NCBI GenBank assembly: GCA_001779315.1
Contig: MFJU01000006.1
Span: 2,612-66,611, forward strand
Direction: 5' to 3'
DNA from: Candidatus Gottesmanbacteria bacterium RIFCSPLOWO2_01_FULL_42_22
GTDB lineage: Bacteria; Patescibacteriota; Microgenomatia; 2-02-FULL-39-11
DNA: 64,000 bases
Made by a program: the position numbers and the translations under genes. Positions 44,044 through 52,824 of this stretch are shown here, piece by piece. Below the pieces are notes generated by a model. It had not been told where the DNA came from. It saw only the letters and a list, made by a program, of their open reading frames with translations, and searched no databases. How positions within the stretch are numbered: the first letter of the stretch is position 1; the number at the start of each line of letters is the position of its first letter.

Positions 44044-46272
44044 TCAGGGTGCTGATTCCGGTGTCGGAGATGTTTCTTTTAAACAGGGACTGGACGGAAC
44101 CGTGCCTTTAATAAAATATTCATTGCGCCCTGAACAGGAAACAACGGTAATATTTTCCGGAACGGTAAAAAGGCTGGACGCTTGATATTTAGAGGTTAAA
44201 AGTCTCATTATCTTTTGCCATACGGGTGCAGCACCGGTAACGCCGGAAGTAAGTTGCGGATTCATCGGTGAATTGTCATTATTGCCCACCCAAACAGTCA
44301 CGGTATAGTCAGGTGTATAACCAATTGTCCAATTGTCCCTTTTATTATCACTGGTACCGGTTTTGACCGCGATTTTATACCCAGGTAAATAAAGAGCTGA
44401 TGAGAGTCCGAAAGCAGGTGAACGGGCCAGATTATCGGAAAGGATATCAGTCAGAATAAATGCAATTTCAGGCGAGGTAGCTTCCCCGGTAGCATTACTT
44501 TTAGGCAGGGTAAGACTGTTGCCGTTCTGGTCTGTAATTCTGATAAAAGGAGTCAGATCTTCCATTTTGCCTGAATTGGCTAAAGTACCGTAAACTCTGG
44601 CCATATCAAGCATAGTGACGTCACCTCCTCCCAAAGTTAAAGATAAACCGAATCTGTCAGGTTTTGTCCAGCTTTTTATCCCCATTTTCTTGCCCTGCTC
44701 AACCATACGCTCAACACCGATTGAGGAGAGAACCTTGACAGCCGGAACGTTATAAGAAGAGGCAAGAGCTGTCCGCAAACTGACCGTACCATGGAAGCGT
44801 CCGTCATAATTTACCGGGCTGTAATTTTGGCCGGCAAAATAATAAGTAATGGGCGTATCGGCAAGAAGGGAGGCGGCCGTATATCCTTCTTTTAAAGCGG
44901 CAGCATAATTTACCACTTTGATTGAAGAACCCGGCTGGCGAAGCGATAGGGCCAGATTCACATTACCGTCATTCTCAGTATCAAAATAATCTTTTGAACC
45001 GACCATGGCCAAAATCTCTCCGTTTTTAGGATCGGTAACCACGGCAGCCCCGTTGGTTACATTTAAGTTTTCCAAAGCGACAACTTCATCAAATACGATA
45101 GCCTGAATTTCATTGTTAAGATCCAAGTCTAAAGTAGTAGTTATCCTTAGTCCTCCTGTCTCCGTCAGTCTGGGACCATAATACTTTTCCAAAAGCTCCT
45201 TGACATACATGACGAAATGCGGGGCGGCAATCGGCAGGCGCGGGGATTTAAAATTTAAAGCTTCTTCTTTGGCTGTTTCAAGTTGATCTTGATTGATATA
45301 ACCCTCCTTAAACATGCTTAAAAGAACAGACAACTGCCTTTTTTTATAATCAAAAGGCTGCGCGCCAAAAGGACTATAGCGGGAAGGAGCTGCGGGTAAT
45401 CCGGCTAAAAAGGCACTTTCCGCCAGATTAATTTCCTTGACTGATTTACCGAAATATGTTTGAGAAGCTGCTTCAATTCCCCAGGCGGTTCCTCCATACG
45501 GTACCTGGTTCAGATACATTTCAAGTATCTGATTTTTTGAATAGATCTGTTCCGCCCAGACGGAAACGATGACCTCTCTTATTTTGCGGTAAAGGCTTTT
45601 CTCGGGACTAAGATAAGCGCTTCTGATTAATTGTTGGGTGATGGTTGAACCGCCTTCAAGGGTGTCAGAAGTCAAATTTTTATAGACAGCCCGCATGATT
45701 CCTTTTAAAGAAAAACCGTTATGCAGGAAAAATTCATTATCCTCGATGGCAATGGTTGCCTCAATTATTGAGGCAGGAATCTCTTTCAGCTTTACCGGTG
45801 TCCTGTTTTCATCACCGTATATTTCATAAAGCAGTTTGCCCTTGCGGTCAAATATTTTAGTCGTTGCTTTGAAAGGAGCAGTTGTCAAAAGTTCAGGATT
45901 GGGCAAACTCTGAATAAAAGAATTCAGTTGAAAAAAAATTAACAGTAACGCGAAAGTCAAAAGTCCCAGGAGAAAGAATTTCGATTTGAGAAGAAGCAGC
46001 CTTATTCTTCTGTTCAAATGTATGCGGGGTACAGGCAGCCTGAATTTTTTCGGACGCCCCCTTTTTTTCATGCTTGCCGCCTTCGGAAGTGATTTCGGCA
46101 ATACCGGTTTTGTCAGCGGTTTCAGAAAAAAAATAAGGGAATTTATTACATATAAAATTATTTTATAGGTTGAGAAGAAAACAGAAAATATTAGTCTGAC
46201 GGTCAGAATGACCAGGTCTCCGATTTCTTTAAAGACAAGTACAATCAGCAACAGAAATTTATTTAGGCTCAC
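44044..46272 (-). CDS. Class A penicillin-binding protein (transglycosylase-transpeptidase)
   Basis: IEDNEFFLHNG, GGSTITQQL, RQPGSSIK, SYN, KTGT. Confidence 0.93.
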   Translation of the reverse strand: MSLNKFLLLIVLVFKEIGDLVILTVRLIFSVFFSTYKIILYVINSLIFFLKPLTKPVLPKSLPKAASMKKRGRPKKFRLPVPRIHLNRRIRLLLLKSKFFLLGLLTFALLLIFFQLNSFIQSLPNPELLTTAPFKATTKIFDRKGKLLYEIYGDENRTPVKLKEIPASIIEATIAIEDNEFFLHNGFSLKGIMRAVYKNLTSDTLEGGSTITQQLIRSAYLSPEKSLYRKIREVIVSVWAEQIYSKNQILEMYLNQVPYGGTAWGIEAASQTYFGKSVKEINLAESAFLAGLPAAPSRYSPFGAQPFDYKKRQLSVLLSMFKEGYINQDQLETAKEEALNFKSPRLPIAAPHFVMYVKELLEKYYGPRLTETGGLRITTTLDLDLNNEIQAIVFDEVVALENLNVTNGAAVVTDPKNGEILAMVGSKDYFDTENDGNVNLALSLRQPGSSIKVVNYAAALKEGYTAASLLADTPITYYFAGQNYSPVNYDGRFHGTVSLRTALASSYNVPAVKVLSSIGVERMVEQGKKMGIKSWTKPDRFGLSLTLGGGDVTMLDMARVYGTLANSGKMEDLTPFIRITDQNGNSLTLPKSNATGEATSPEIAFILTDILSDNLARSPAFGLSSALYLPGYKIAVKTGTSDNKRDNWTIGYTPDYTVTVWVGNNDNSPMNPQLTSGVTGAAPVWQKIMRLLTSKYQASSLFTVPENITVVSCSGRNEYFIKGTVPSSPCLKETSPTPESAP

Positions 46273-46324
46273 AGCTGGAGGGAATATAGCATAATTATAA
46301 GGATGATGTAAAGATGTTGGGGCG

Positions 46325-48562
46325 TTACAATCGGACGTTAGTCATGGGGTCCCCGCCGTCATGGGAACAGTCGATGCAATACTTGCCGAACATATCACTG
46401 ACAATTTGTTGATCGCGGTTTTCCACATTCTCGGTTTGGTCAGGTCCGGCCATTTTATTGGTAGTTTTATCTATAGCGATATTTTGTTTAAGAATCTCCG
46501 GAGTATTGGGAATAGTCCCTTTAATAAAATATTCATATCTGGTAGCGCAACCTTTATCAGGGGCATTCGGATCAGAATTGGGGAAAGCCAGTCCGCTCAA
46601 TTGGCAGATTTGGGCACCAATAATGCCGGGCGGTTGTTTTGGCCAAAGATCCGGTTGGGAAGAGAGAATTTCTGCCATGATTTTATTCCAAATGGGAGCA
46701 GCGCCGGTCACCCCTGAAGTTAAATAGGGGTGCATCGGGGAATTATCATTATTGCCGACCCAGACAACAGCAAGAAAATTCGGAGTAAAACCGATAGTCC
46801 AATTATCGCGTTTATCGTCTGTGGTGCCGGTTTTGACGGAGACTGCTTTTCCGGGAATGACCAGAAATGAAGAGGGGCCAAATGCCTGCGAGCGGGCATT
46901 GTTATCCAGAAGTATGTGTGATATCAGGAAGGCGGTTTCGCTGGAAAGAACTCTTTCACCGGCTATTAAAAGCGATGAAGGATAATTTATACCTTCATTT
47001 ATTTTTTTAACCAGATTAGGGTCTTTATACTCTTCTAAAATATTGCCGTTTCTGTCTTCGACTTTTAATATCGGTACCAGTTCTTTTTTGATACCGCTAT
47101 TGGCAAAAACACCGAAGGCTTTAGCCATATCAAGCATAGTTACCTCACCGCCTCCCAAAGTCAGTGATAAACCGTAGCGGGAAGGGTCTTTGAATGAAGA
47201 GATGCCGTAGGCTGAGGCTGAAGCAATTACCGTTTCTACCCCATTTAAAGCCATCATTTTTACCGCCGGTATATTAAAGGAATTACCCAAAGCGAATCGG
47301 AGTTGAACCGGACCATGGAACTGGCCGTCATAATTGACCGGACAATAGGATTTTTGGCCCGGCACCTGAAAACAGGTCGGTGTATCCAGAAAAACCGTAG
47401 CAGCGCTGACTTTCCTGGTTTCTATTCCGACAGCATAATTGAGAGGTTTGATTGAAGAACCGGGTTGCCTTAAAGATGTAGTGACGTTGAAATTGCCCGA
47501 GGGTGTGGCGAAATAATCCTTGGATCCTACCATAGCCAGAATTTCTCCGGTTGGAGGACGGGTCAAAAGGACTGCCCCATTTGAAACTTTGAGATTGGCG
47601 AGTTTTCCGACTTCACTGGCGACGGTTTTTTCCGCCATATCCTGAAGCGAAAGATCCAGAGAAGTGGTAACTTTAAGACCGGCTGACGCCACCATTTTTT
47701 CACCAAAGGTGTTCACCAGTCTTTCCCTGACAAACATCACAAAATGAGGCGCCTTAATATTCGTTTTTAAAGGGATAAGACTGATTTTTTCCTTTTCCGC
47801 TTTTTCCCGTTGTTCTTCTGAAATGAAACCGTCCTCCAGCATTCTCTTTAAAACCAGCGACTGTCTTTGTTTGGTTAGTTCCGGATGGGCACCATAGGGC
47901 GAATAGGTGGTAGGTGCTGCCGGCAAACCCGCTAAATAAGCTGATTCCGCCAGTGTTAAATTGCCGGTTTTTTTACCGAAATACATTTCCGAGGCTGCTT
48001 CTATTCCCCAGGCAGTTCCTCCAAACGGCACCTGGTTTAAATACATTTCCAATATTTGGTTTTTGTCATAGATACTCTCAGTCCAAAAAGCTAAGATGAT
48101 TTCTTTTATTTTCCGGCTCAAAGTCTTTTCACTTGACAGCAGGGCATTTTTAACCAGCTGCTGGGTGATAGTTGAACCTCCCTGCAGTTCCTGTTTAAAA
48201 ATATTTTCCTTGATCGCCCGTAAAACTCCGCCGATCAGACTGACCCCTTTGTGCCGATAAAAATCTTTATCTTCGACCGCCACCGTAGCTTGCCTTAAAA
48301 AGTCGGGTACCTCCTCAAGTTTAATCAAGGTGCGGTTCTGGTCTGTATAAATTTCATAGAGAAGTTGGCCGTTTCTGTCCAGAATTTTGGTGGTTTGCGG
48401 TATTTCGTATGAAGCCAGTTTTTTTGGTGAGGGTAGGTCTTTGATGATGATCAGGAAAAATAAAAGAAAAATAAACAATATGAAAAATGCGGCTATAATA
48501 TATTTATTCCGGAAAAATTTCTGATAACGGGAAAAGAAGTAACTGGCCAAATTGCCTGCCAT
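46325..48562 (-). CDS. Class A penicillin-binding protein (second paralog)
   Basis: VEDKDFYRHKG, GGSTITQQL, RQPGSSIK, SFN, KTGT; Cys-containing C-terminal extension. Confidence 0.93.
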   Translation of the reverse strand: MAGNLASYFFSRYQKFFRNKYIIAAFFILFIFLLFFLIIIKDLPSPKKLASYEIPQTTKILDRNGQLLYEIYTDQNRTLIKLEEVPDFLRQATVAVEDKDFYRHKGVSLIGGVLRAIKENIFKQELQGGSTITQQLVKNALLSSEKTLSRKIKEIILAFWTESIYDKNQILEMYLNQVPFGGTAWGIEAASEMYFGKKTGNLTLAESAYLAGLPAAPTTYSPYGAHPELTKQRQSLVLKRMLEDGFISEEQREKAEKEKISLIPLKTNIKAPHFVMFVRERLVNTFGEKMVASAGLKVTTSLDLSLQDMAEKTVASEVGKLANLKVSNGAVLLTRPPTGEILAMVGSKDYFATPSGNFNVTTSLRQPGSSIKPLNYAVGIETRKVSAATVFLDTPTCFQVPGQKSYCPVNYDGQFHGPVQLRFALGNSFNIPAVKMMALNGVETVIASASAYGISSFKDPSRYGLSLTLGGGEVTMLDMAKAFGVFANSGIKKELVPILKVEDRNGNILEEYKDPNLVKKINEGINYPSSLLIAGERVLSSETAFLISHILLDNNARSQAFGPSSFLVIPGKAVSVKTGTTDDKRDNWTIGFTPNFLAVVWVGNNDNSPMHPYLTSGVTGAAPIWNKIMAEILSSQPDLWPKQPPGIIGAQICQLSGLAFPNSDPNAPDKGCATRYEYFIKGTIPNTPEILKQNIAIDKTTNKMAGPDQTENVENRDQQIVSDMFGKYCIDCSHDGGDPMTNVRL

Positions 48563-48601
48563 TATATCATTTTATGATAAAATAAAATTCCTGATTTTCC
48601 T

Positions 48602-49615
48602 ATGATGAATGATATCAATACCAATATAATTGATCTTTTGGTGGCAGCCACCATGCTCTTTTATCTGGCAACCGGCTGGACAAGGGGATTTTTATTGGGA
48701 ATTTTCGATCTGGCGGGTTTTATTTTATCGTTTATGGCAGCTTTAAAATATAACGCCGCTGCTGGTATCCTTCTCTTGAATTATTTTTCCGTTTCCCGGG
48801 GTATTGCCAATGCCCTTGGTTTTTTTATTGCCGGAATCTCCAGCGAAATATCCTTTTCTTTTTTTTCCGGATTTATAATCAAAAAATTTTACTCAAAAGC
48901 AAAATTAACGGTTAATCATAAAAGAAAAGTAATTTTGCTTTTCAAATTGGATAAATGGTTGGGTTTTATTCCGGCTTTGGGAGAAGCAGTGGTTTTTGCC
49001 GCTTTTATATTAACCCTTTTGGTTTCCTTACCCATAAACGGCCGGATTAAAAAGGAAATTATAACTTCCCGGATAGGCGGTCAATTGGTTAAATCCACAC
49101 AGGGTATAGAACGACAGCTGAAAGTGGTCTTCGGCGATGCCGTTAATGAGACTTTAACTTTTCTGACCATTAATCCCAAAGCGGATGCGGATGAATCAAT
49201 AGATTTGGGTTTTACCTATAATGAAGGACTTGCCGACCCGTCAGCCGAAAAAAGCATGTTGACCCTAATCAATTTAGAAAGACAAAAATATAACTTGGTA
49301 CTTTTACAGGAATCGGATGCGCTCAGACAGTTAGCCCGGTCTCATGCTTCAAATATGTTTCAAAGGGGCTATTTTTCTCATTATAACAAAGAGGGTGAAT
49401 CACCCTTTGACAGAATGGTGAAAGCCGGTATTGAATTTTTGTCTGCCGGTGAAAATCTGGCCCTGGCGCCCAACGTAGCCTTGGCCCATCAGGGATTGAT
49501 GAATTCCCCGGGGCACAGGGCGAATATTTTAGGGGCTGATTTTAACCGGGTCGGTATCGGAGTTATCGACGGAGGAATTTACGGCATGCTTTTTGTACAG
49601 GAGTTTACGGATTAG
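48602..49615 (+). CDS. CvpA-family membrane domain fused to a CAP/SCP domain
   Basis: IIDLL..GWTRGF (CvpA), LDKWLG; C-terminal ARSHASNM..YFSH, GENLA, LMNSPGHRANIL. Confidence 0.85.
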   Translation: MMNDINTNIIDLLVAATMLFYLATGWTRGFLLGIFDLAGFILSFMAALKYNAAAGILLLNYFSVSRGIANALGFFIAGISSEISFSFFSGFIIKKFYSKAKLTVNHKRKVILLFKLDKWLGFIPALGEAVVFAAFILTLLVSLPINGRIKKEIITSRIGGQLVKSTQGIERQLKVVFGDAVNETLTFLTINPKADADESIDLGFTYNEGLADPSAEKSMLTLINLERQKYNLVLLQESDALRQLARSHASNMFQRGYFSHYNKEGESPFDRMVKAGIEFLSAGENLALAPNVALAHQGLMNSPGHRANILGADFNRVGIGVIDGGIYGMLFVQEFTD

Positions 49616-49617
49616 AC

Positions 49618-50535
49618 ATGCCCCTTTTTAAAATTTCCAGGAATCAGTTCCTTGCCGTTTATTCTACTTTTTCAATCGGCGGAAAGGCAAAATCAATTTA
49701 CCATGCAGAAAACAGGCAGGAACTGATCGGGATTCTGGATTTTTTACATAAAAAAAGAAGCCGCTTCGGTATATTTGCCTGCGGCAGTAATATTGTTTTT
49801 CCCGATAAAGGCGTTACCTACCCTATGATTCAGGTAACTGGCGGGAAAATCCGTGTGCATAAATCAAAAGTCTTAGCCGATGCCGGTGTCAGACTGTCTG
49901 ATTTGGTTGATTTTTATCTAAATAAAAACTTGGCAGGCCTGGAAAAGTTTTCCGGTATACCCGGTTCGGTCGGCGGAGCAGTGGTGGGGAATGCCGGTGC
50001 TTACGGCGAATCAATCGGGGATTATATTATAAAAGTGGAAGTCTGGCAGAACGGTCAAGTCAAATTTTTAGAGCGGCAGATGTGTAAATTCAGTTACCGC
50101 CACAGTATTTTCAAGGAGAAGCCCTTTATAGTTTTAAGAGTTGAGTTAAAAGCAGTTTCCGCAGAGGGGATGAAACTGAAGAAAATTTCCGCAGAAATAA
50201 TCCGATTGAGAGAACTTAAATATAAATCAGGTTTAAAATGCCCGGGCAGTTTTTTTAAAAATATTCCAATTGCCGATGCGTCTGACTCTCTGCTTTCAAA
50301 AATCAACCAAAATGTTATTAAGGGCGGAAAAATCCCAGCCGGTTACCTTTTGGAATCTGTCGGAGCCAAAGGTGTAAGAGTCGGCGGCATCAAAGTTGCC
50401 GATTACCACGGCAATTTGTTTATCAATGACGGGCAGGGGACATTTGCCGATGTTAAAAAACTGGCCAAAATACTCAAAGAGCGGGTAAAAAGGAAATACG
50501 GCATTACCCTCGAAGAAGAAATCAGATATTTCTGA
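49618..50535 (+). CDS. murB: UDP-N-acetylenolpyruvoylglucosamine reductase
   Basis: TFSIGGKA, GSNI, GIPGSVGGAVVGNAGAYG, FSYRHS, GSFFKN, HGNLFIN. Confidence 0.95.
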   Translation: MPLFKISRNQFLAVYSTFSIGGKAKSIYHAENRQELIGILDFLHKKRSRFGIFACGSNIVFPDKGVTYPMIQVTGGKIRVHKSKVLADAGVRLSDLVDFYLNKNLAGLEKFSGIPGSVGGAVVGNAGAYGESIGDYIIKVEVWQNGQVKFLERQMCKFSYRHSIFKEKPFIVLRVELKAVSAEGMKLKKISAEIIRLRELKYKSGLKCPGSFFKNIPIADASDSLLSKINQNVIKGGKIPAGYLLESVGAKGVRVGGIKVADYHGNLFINDGQGTFADVKKLAKILKERVKRKYGITLEEEIRYF

Positions 50536-50540
50536 CGAGA

Positions 50541-51410
50541 TTAAAGCTCGTCGAGTTTGATATTGTCATTCATTTTGTCTCTGACCAAATCCAGGTATTT
50601 TTCAGTGGTTGACAGTCTTTTATGTCCCACCAGCTTGCTGATAACCGTTAAAGGTGTCCCGGAAGCCAAATGATGGGCAATAAAAGTATGCCTGAGATCA
50701 TTGACTTTAGCCGCTTCAATGCCGGCCAGTTTAAAGTAACGGTCAATAGTCGTGCGGATATTTCTGACTAAAAGAGGTTTGCCTGTTTTGGTGATAAAAA
50801 GCGATTGGTCTTCTGATTTAGGCCTAACCTCCCGCCATTTGTCCAAAGCTTCTTTAGAAGCTCTGTTTAAGGGCACACTTCTTTCCGGATGCCCCTCCTG
50901 CGCGTCAATAATAATTTCCTTCTCCTTGATATTATTAATCTTTAAGTTGGCCAATTCACCTATCCGGACTCCGGTTTGCAGAAACAGTTCAACAATGGTA
51001 TAGGTTCGTATGTCTGAACGGCAAGCATCCCGCAAAGCCCTGTATTCCATTTTAGAAAGAATTCTGGGAGGCTTGATATTGTATTTAGGATGGGCAATAT
51101 CCGCAGCCGGATTAATGCTGACAAAGTTTTTATATTTAAGGAAACGGTAGAAAGTTTTAATGGAATTGATTTTTCGGGAGAGAGATTTAAGTGTGTATCC
51201 GTCCGTTGAAAGCTTTTTTAGGAAAGCTTCCAAATCATCACGCTCAATTTGCATAACGCTTTTTTTGCCCATGTCAGATAGAAAAGCTACAAGCTGTTCG
51301 ATATCTTTGCTGTAGGCGATAATGGTGGCTTTCGCTTTTTGCTGGGATATCAGGTAATCCGAAAATTGCCGATGAGCAGTAAGCAGCTGGAGATTATCCT
51401 CAGAATTCAT
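50541..51410 (-). CDS. XerC/XerD-like tyrosine recombinase
   Basis: SAM-like N-domain, TGVRIGEL, NDLRHTF, LVGH..TTEKY; start at ATG 51410 supported by a promoter. Confidence 0.88.
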   Translation of the reverse strand: MNSEDNLQLLTAHRQFSDYLISQQKAKATIIAYSKDIEQLVAFLSDMGKKSVMQIERDDLEAFLKKLSTDGYTLKSLSRKINSIKTFYRFLKYKNFVSINPAADIAHPKYNIKPPRILSKMEYRALRDACRSDIRTYTIVELFLQTGVRIGELANLKINNIKEKEIIIDAQEGHPERSVPLNRASKEALDKWREVRPKSEDQSLFITKTGKPLLVRNIRTTIDRYFKLAGIEAAKVNDLRHTFIAHHLASGTPLTVISKLVGHKRLSTTEKYLDLVRDKMNDNIKLDEL

Positions 51411-51417
51411 AGGGCCT

Positions 51418-51446
51418 ATAATACAATTTGTGAGGTTTTTTGTCAA
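51418..51446 (-). promoter_or_regulatory. Leaderless sigma70-type promoter of the recombinase
   Basis: TTGACA-17 bp-TATTAT, 7 nt before ATG. Confidence 0.7.
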
Positions 51447-51518
51447 ATATGGTTATCTGATCCTATCGCACCTTCCGCTTGTACGTTTGATTGCATATAG
51501 TAGAATATATAAATATTA

Positions 51519-52052
51519 ATGAAGATTTACCGCTATATTATTTTTTGCTTAATAGCCGTCTTTCTCTCCTTTACCCTATCAAAGGTACAGGCAGCCATCA
51601 TTTCACCCACACCCATAGATTATCATTTGCCATATCCGGGCTTAATCCCTGATCATCCGCTTTACCGAATTAAAAAAATACGGGATTGGTTGCTGGTTAA
51701 TCTGACCCGGAATGAGTTGAGAAAAATAGAACTTCATCTTATTTTCGCTGATAAGAAACTGGTTATGGGAGATGTACTCTTTAAAAAGAGGAATACCAAA
51801 TTATCAATCGAAACTTTTTTTGAGGCTGAAACGGAATTATCTTCAGCCGTATCACAACTCTCGCTCTTTAGTGAATCCCAAATACCGCCAACCGGTTTAG
51901 CGGATAAATTGGAGTTGTCAGTTCAAAAACATGAGGAAGTCATAAACAGCGTACTTTCAGAAGTGACTGATCTGCAGCAGCTGGATAAGCTGAAACAGTC
52001 CTTATCCATAAATCATAAGGCATATTCACAAATACAGCTGATAAAGAAATAA
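51519..52052 (+). CDS. DUF5667-like exported protein
   Basis: Signal peptide followed by YHLPYPGLIPDHPLYRIKKIRD. Confidence 0.75.
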   Translation: MKIYRYIIFCLIAVFLSFTLSKVQAAIISPTPIDYHLPYPGLIPDHPLYRIKKIRDWLLVNLTRNELRKIELHLIFADKKLVMGDVLFKKRNTKLSIETFFEAETELSSAVSQLSLFSESQIPPTGLADKLELSVQKHEEVINSVLSEVTDLQQLDKLKQSLSINHKAYSQIQLIKK

Positions 52053-52190
52053 TCTTTCACTATTGCATACTTTTTATATTCACACAATTTTAATAATTCT
52101 TTTTCAATATTTTTTTTCTGAACAATTCCCGCAGTAAGGTAATCTCAAGGCTAGGAAAAGATTTGATATAGATAGATATATTTAGTAGTC

Positions 52191-52244
52191 TTGACAATAG
52201 GCTATATAGCGTCTTACCATAATCGAGAACACTATAGCTGGGGT
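52191..52244 (+). promoter_or_regulatory. nrdR-nrdJ promoter with tandem NrdR boxes
   Basis: TTGACA 52191; box-like ATAGGCTATATAGCGT (52197-52212, 11/16) and ACACTATAGCTGGGGT (52229-52244, 12/16) versus consensus acaCwAtATaTwGtgt; 32-bp spacing. Confidence 0.65.
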
Positions 52245-52332
52245 TAGAGACAATTACGAGCGGCCTGTCAAAATTCTATTTATTATAGAATTTTTTTTCG
52301 GCTAAAAAAACATTTAAAATCAGACAAAACTT

Positions 52333-52779
52333 ATGAAATGCCCATTTTGCAATAACAATGATACGGAAGTAGTCGAAACCCGGGATAATGAAGATATGCA
52401 GATAATCAGGCGCCGTCGTGAATGCCCTAAATGTGCTAAGAGATTTACCACATATGAAAGAATTGAACGGGTACCTTTAATTGTAATGAAGAAAGACGGC
52501 CGAAAAGAACAATTTGACAGGGATAAACTTAAAAACGGCATTTTAAAATCATGTGAAAAAACAGTAGTTGGCATTTCGGAAATTGATTCAATAGCTGAAG
52601 AAGTTGAAAAAGAATTACGGAATCAGGATGGAGTTGAAATCGACAGTAAAAAAATAGGACAGCTGGTAGCCCAAAAATTAAAAAAAATTGATAAGATAGC
52701 CTATATCAGATTTGCCTCGGTTTTCCGCAGATTCGTCGATGTTGAGGATTTCGAAAAAGAGTTGCAGAAACTGTTATAA
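52333..52779 (+). CDS. nrdR: Transcriptional repressor NrdR
   Basis: MKCPFC..IRRRRECPKCAKRFTTYE, ATP cone, AYIRFASV. Confidence 0.97.
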   Translation: MKCPFCNNNDTEVVETRDNEDMQIIRRRRECPKCAKRFTTYERIERVPLIVMKKDGRKEQFDRDKLKNGILKSCEKTVVGISEIDSIAEEVEKELRNQDGVEIDSKKIGQLVAQKLKKIDKIAYIRFASVFRRFVDVEDFEKELQKLL

Positions 52780-52824
52780 AAATTTAGCCCCGAAGCTATC
52801 GGGGGATGAAAGGGTGCTTTGAAC

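Noticed and set aside
52788-52804. CCCCGA-AGCTA-TCGGGG hairpin between nrdR and nrdJ as a terminator
   Set aside because: No U-tract follows; could be a repeat remnant or stabilising hairpin but is too short to call.
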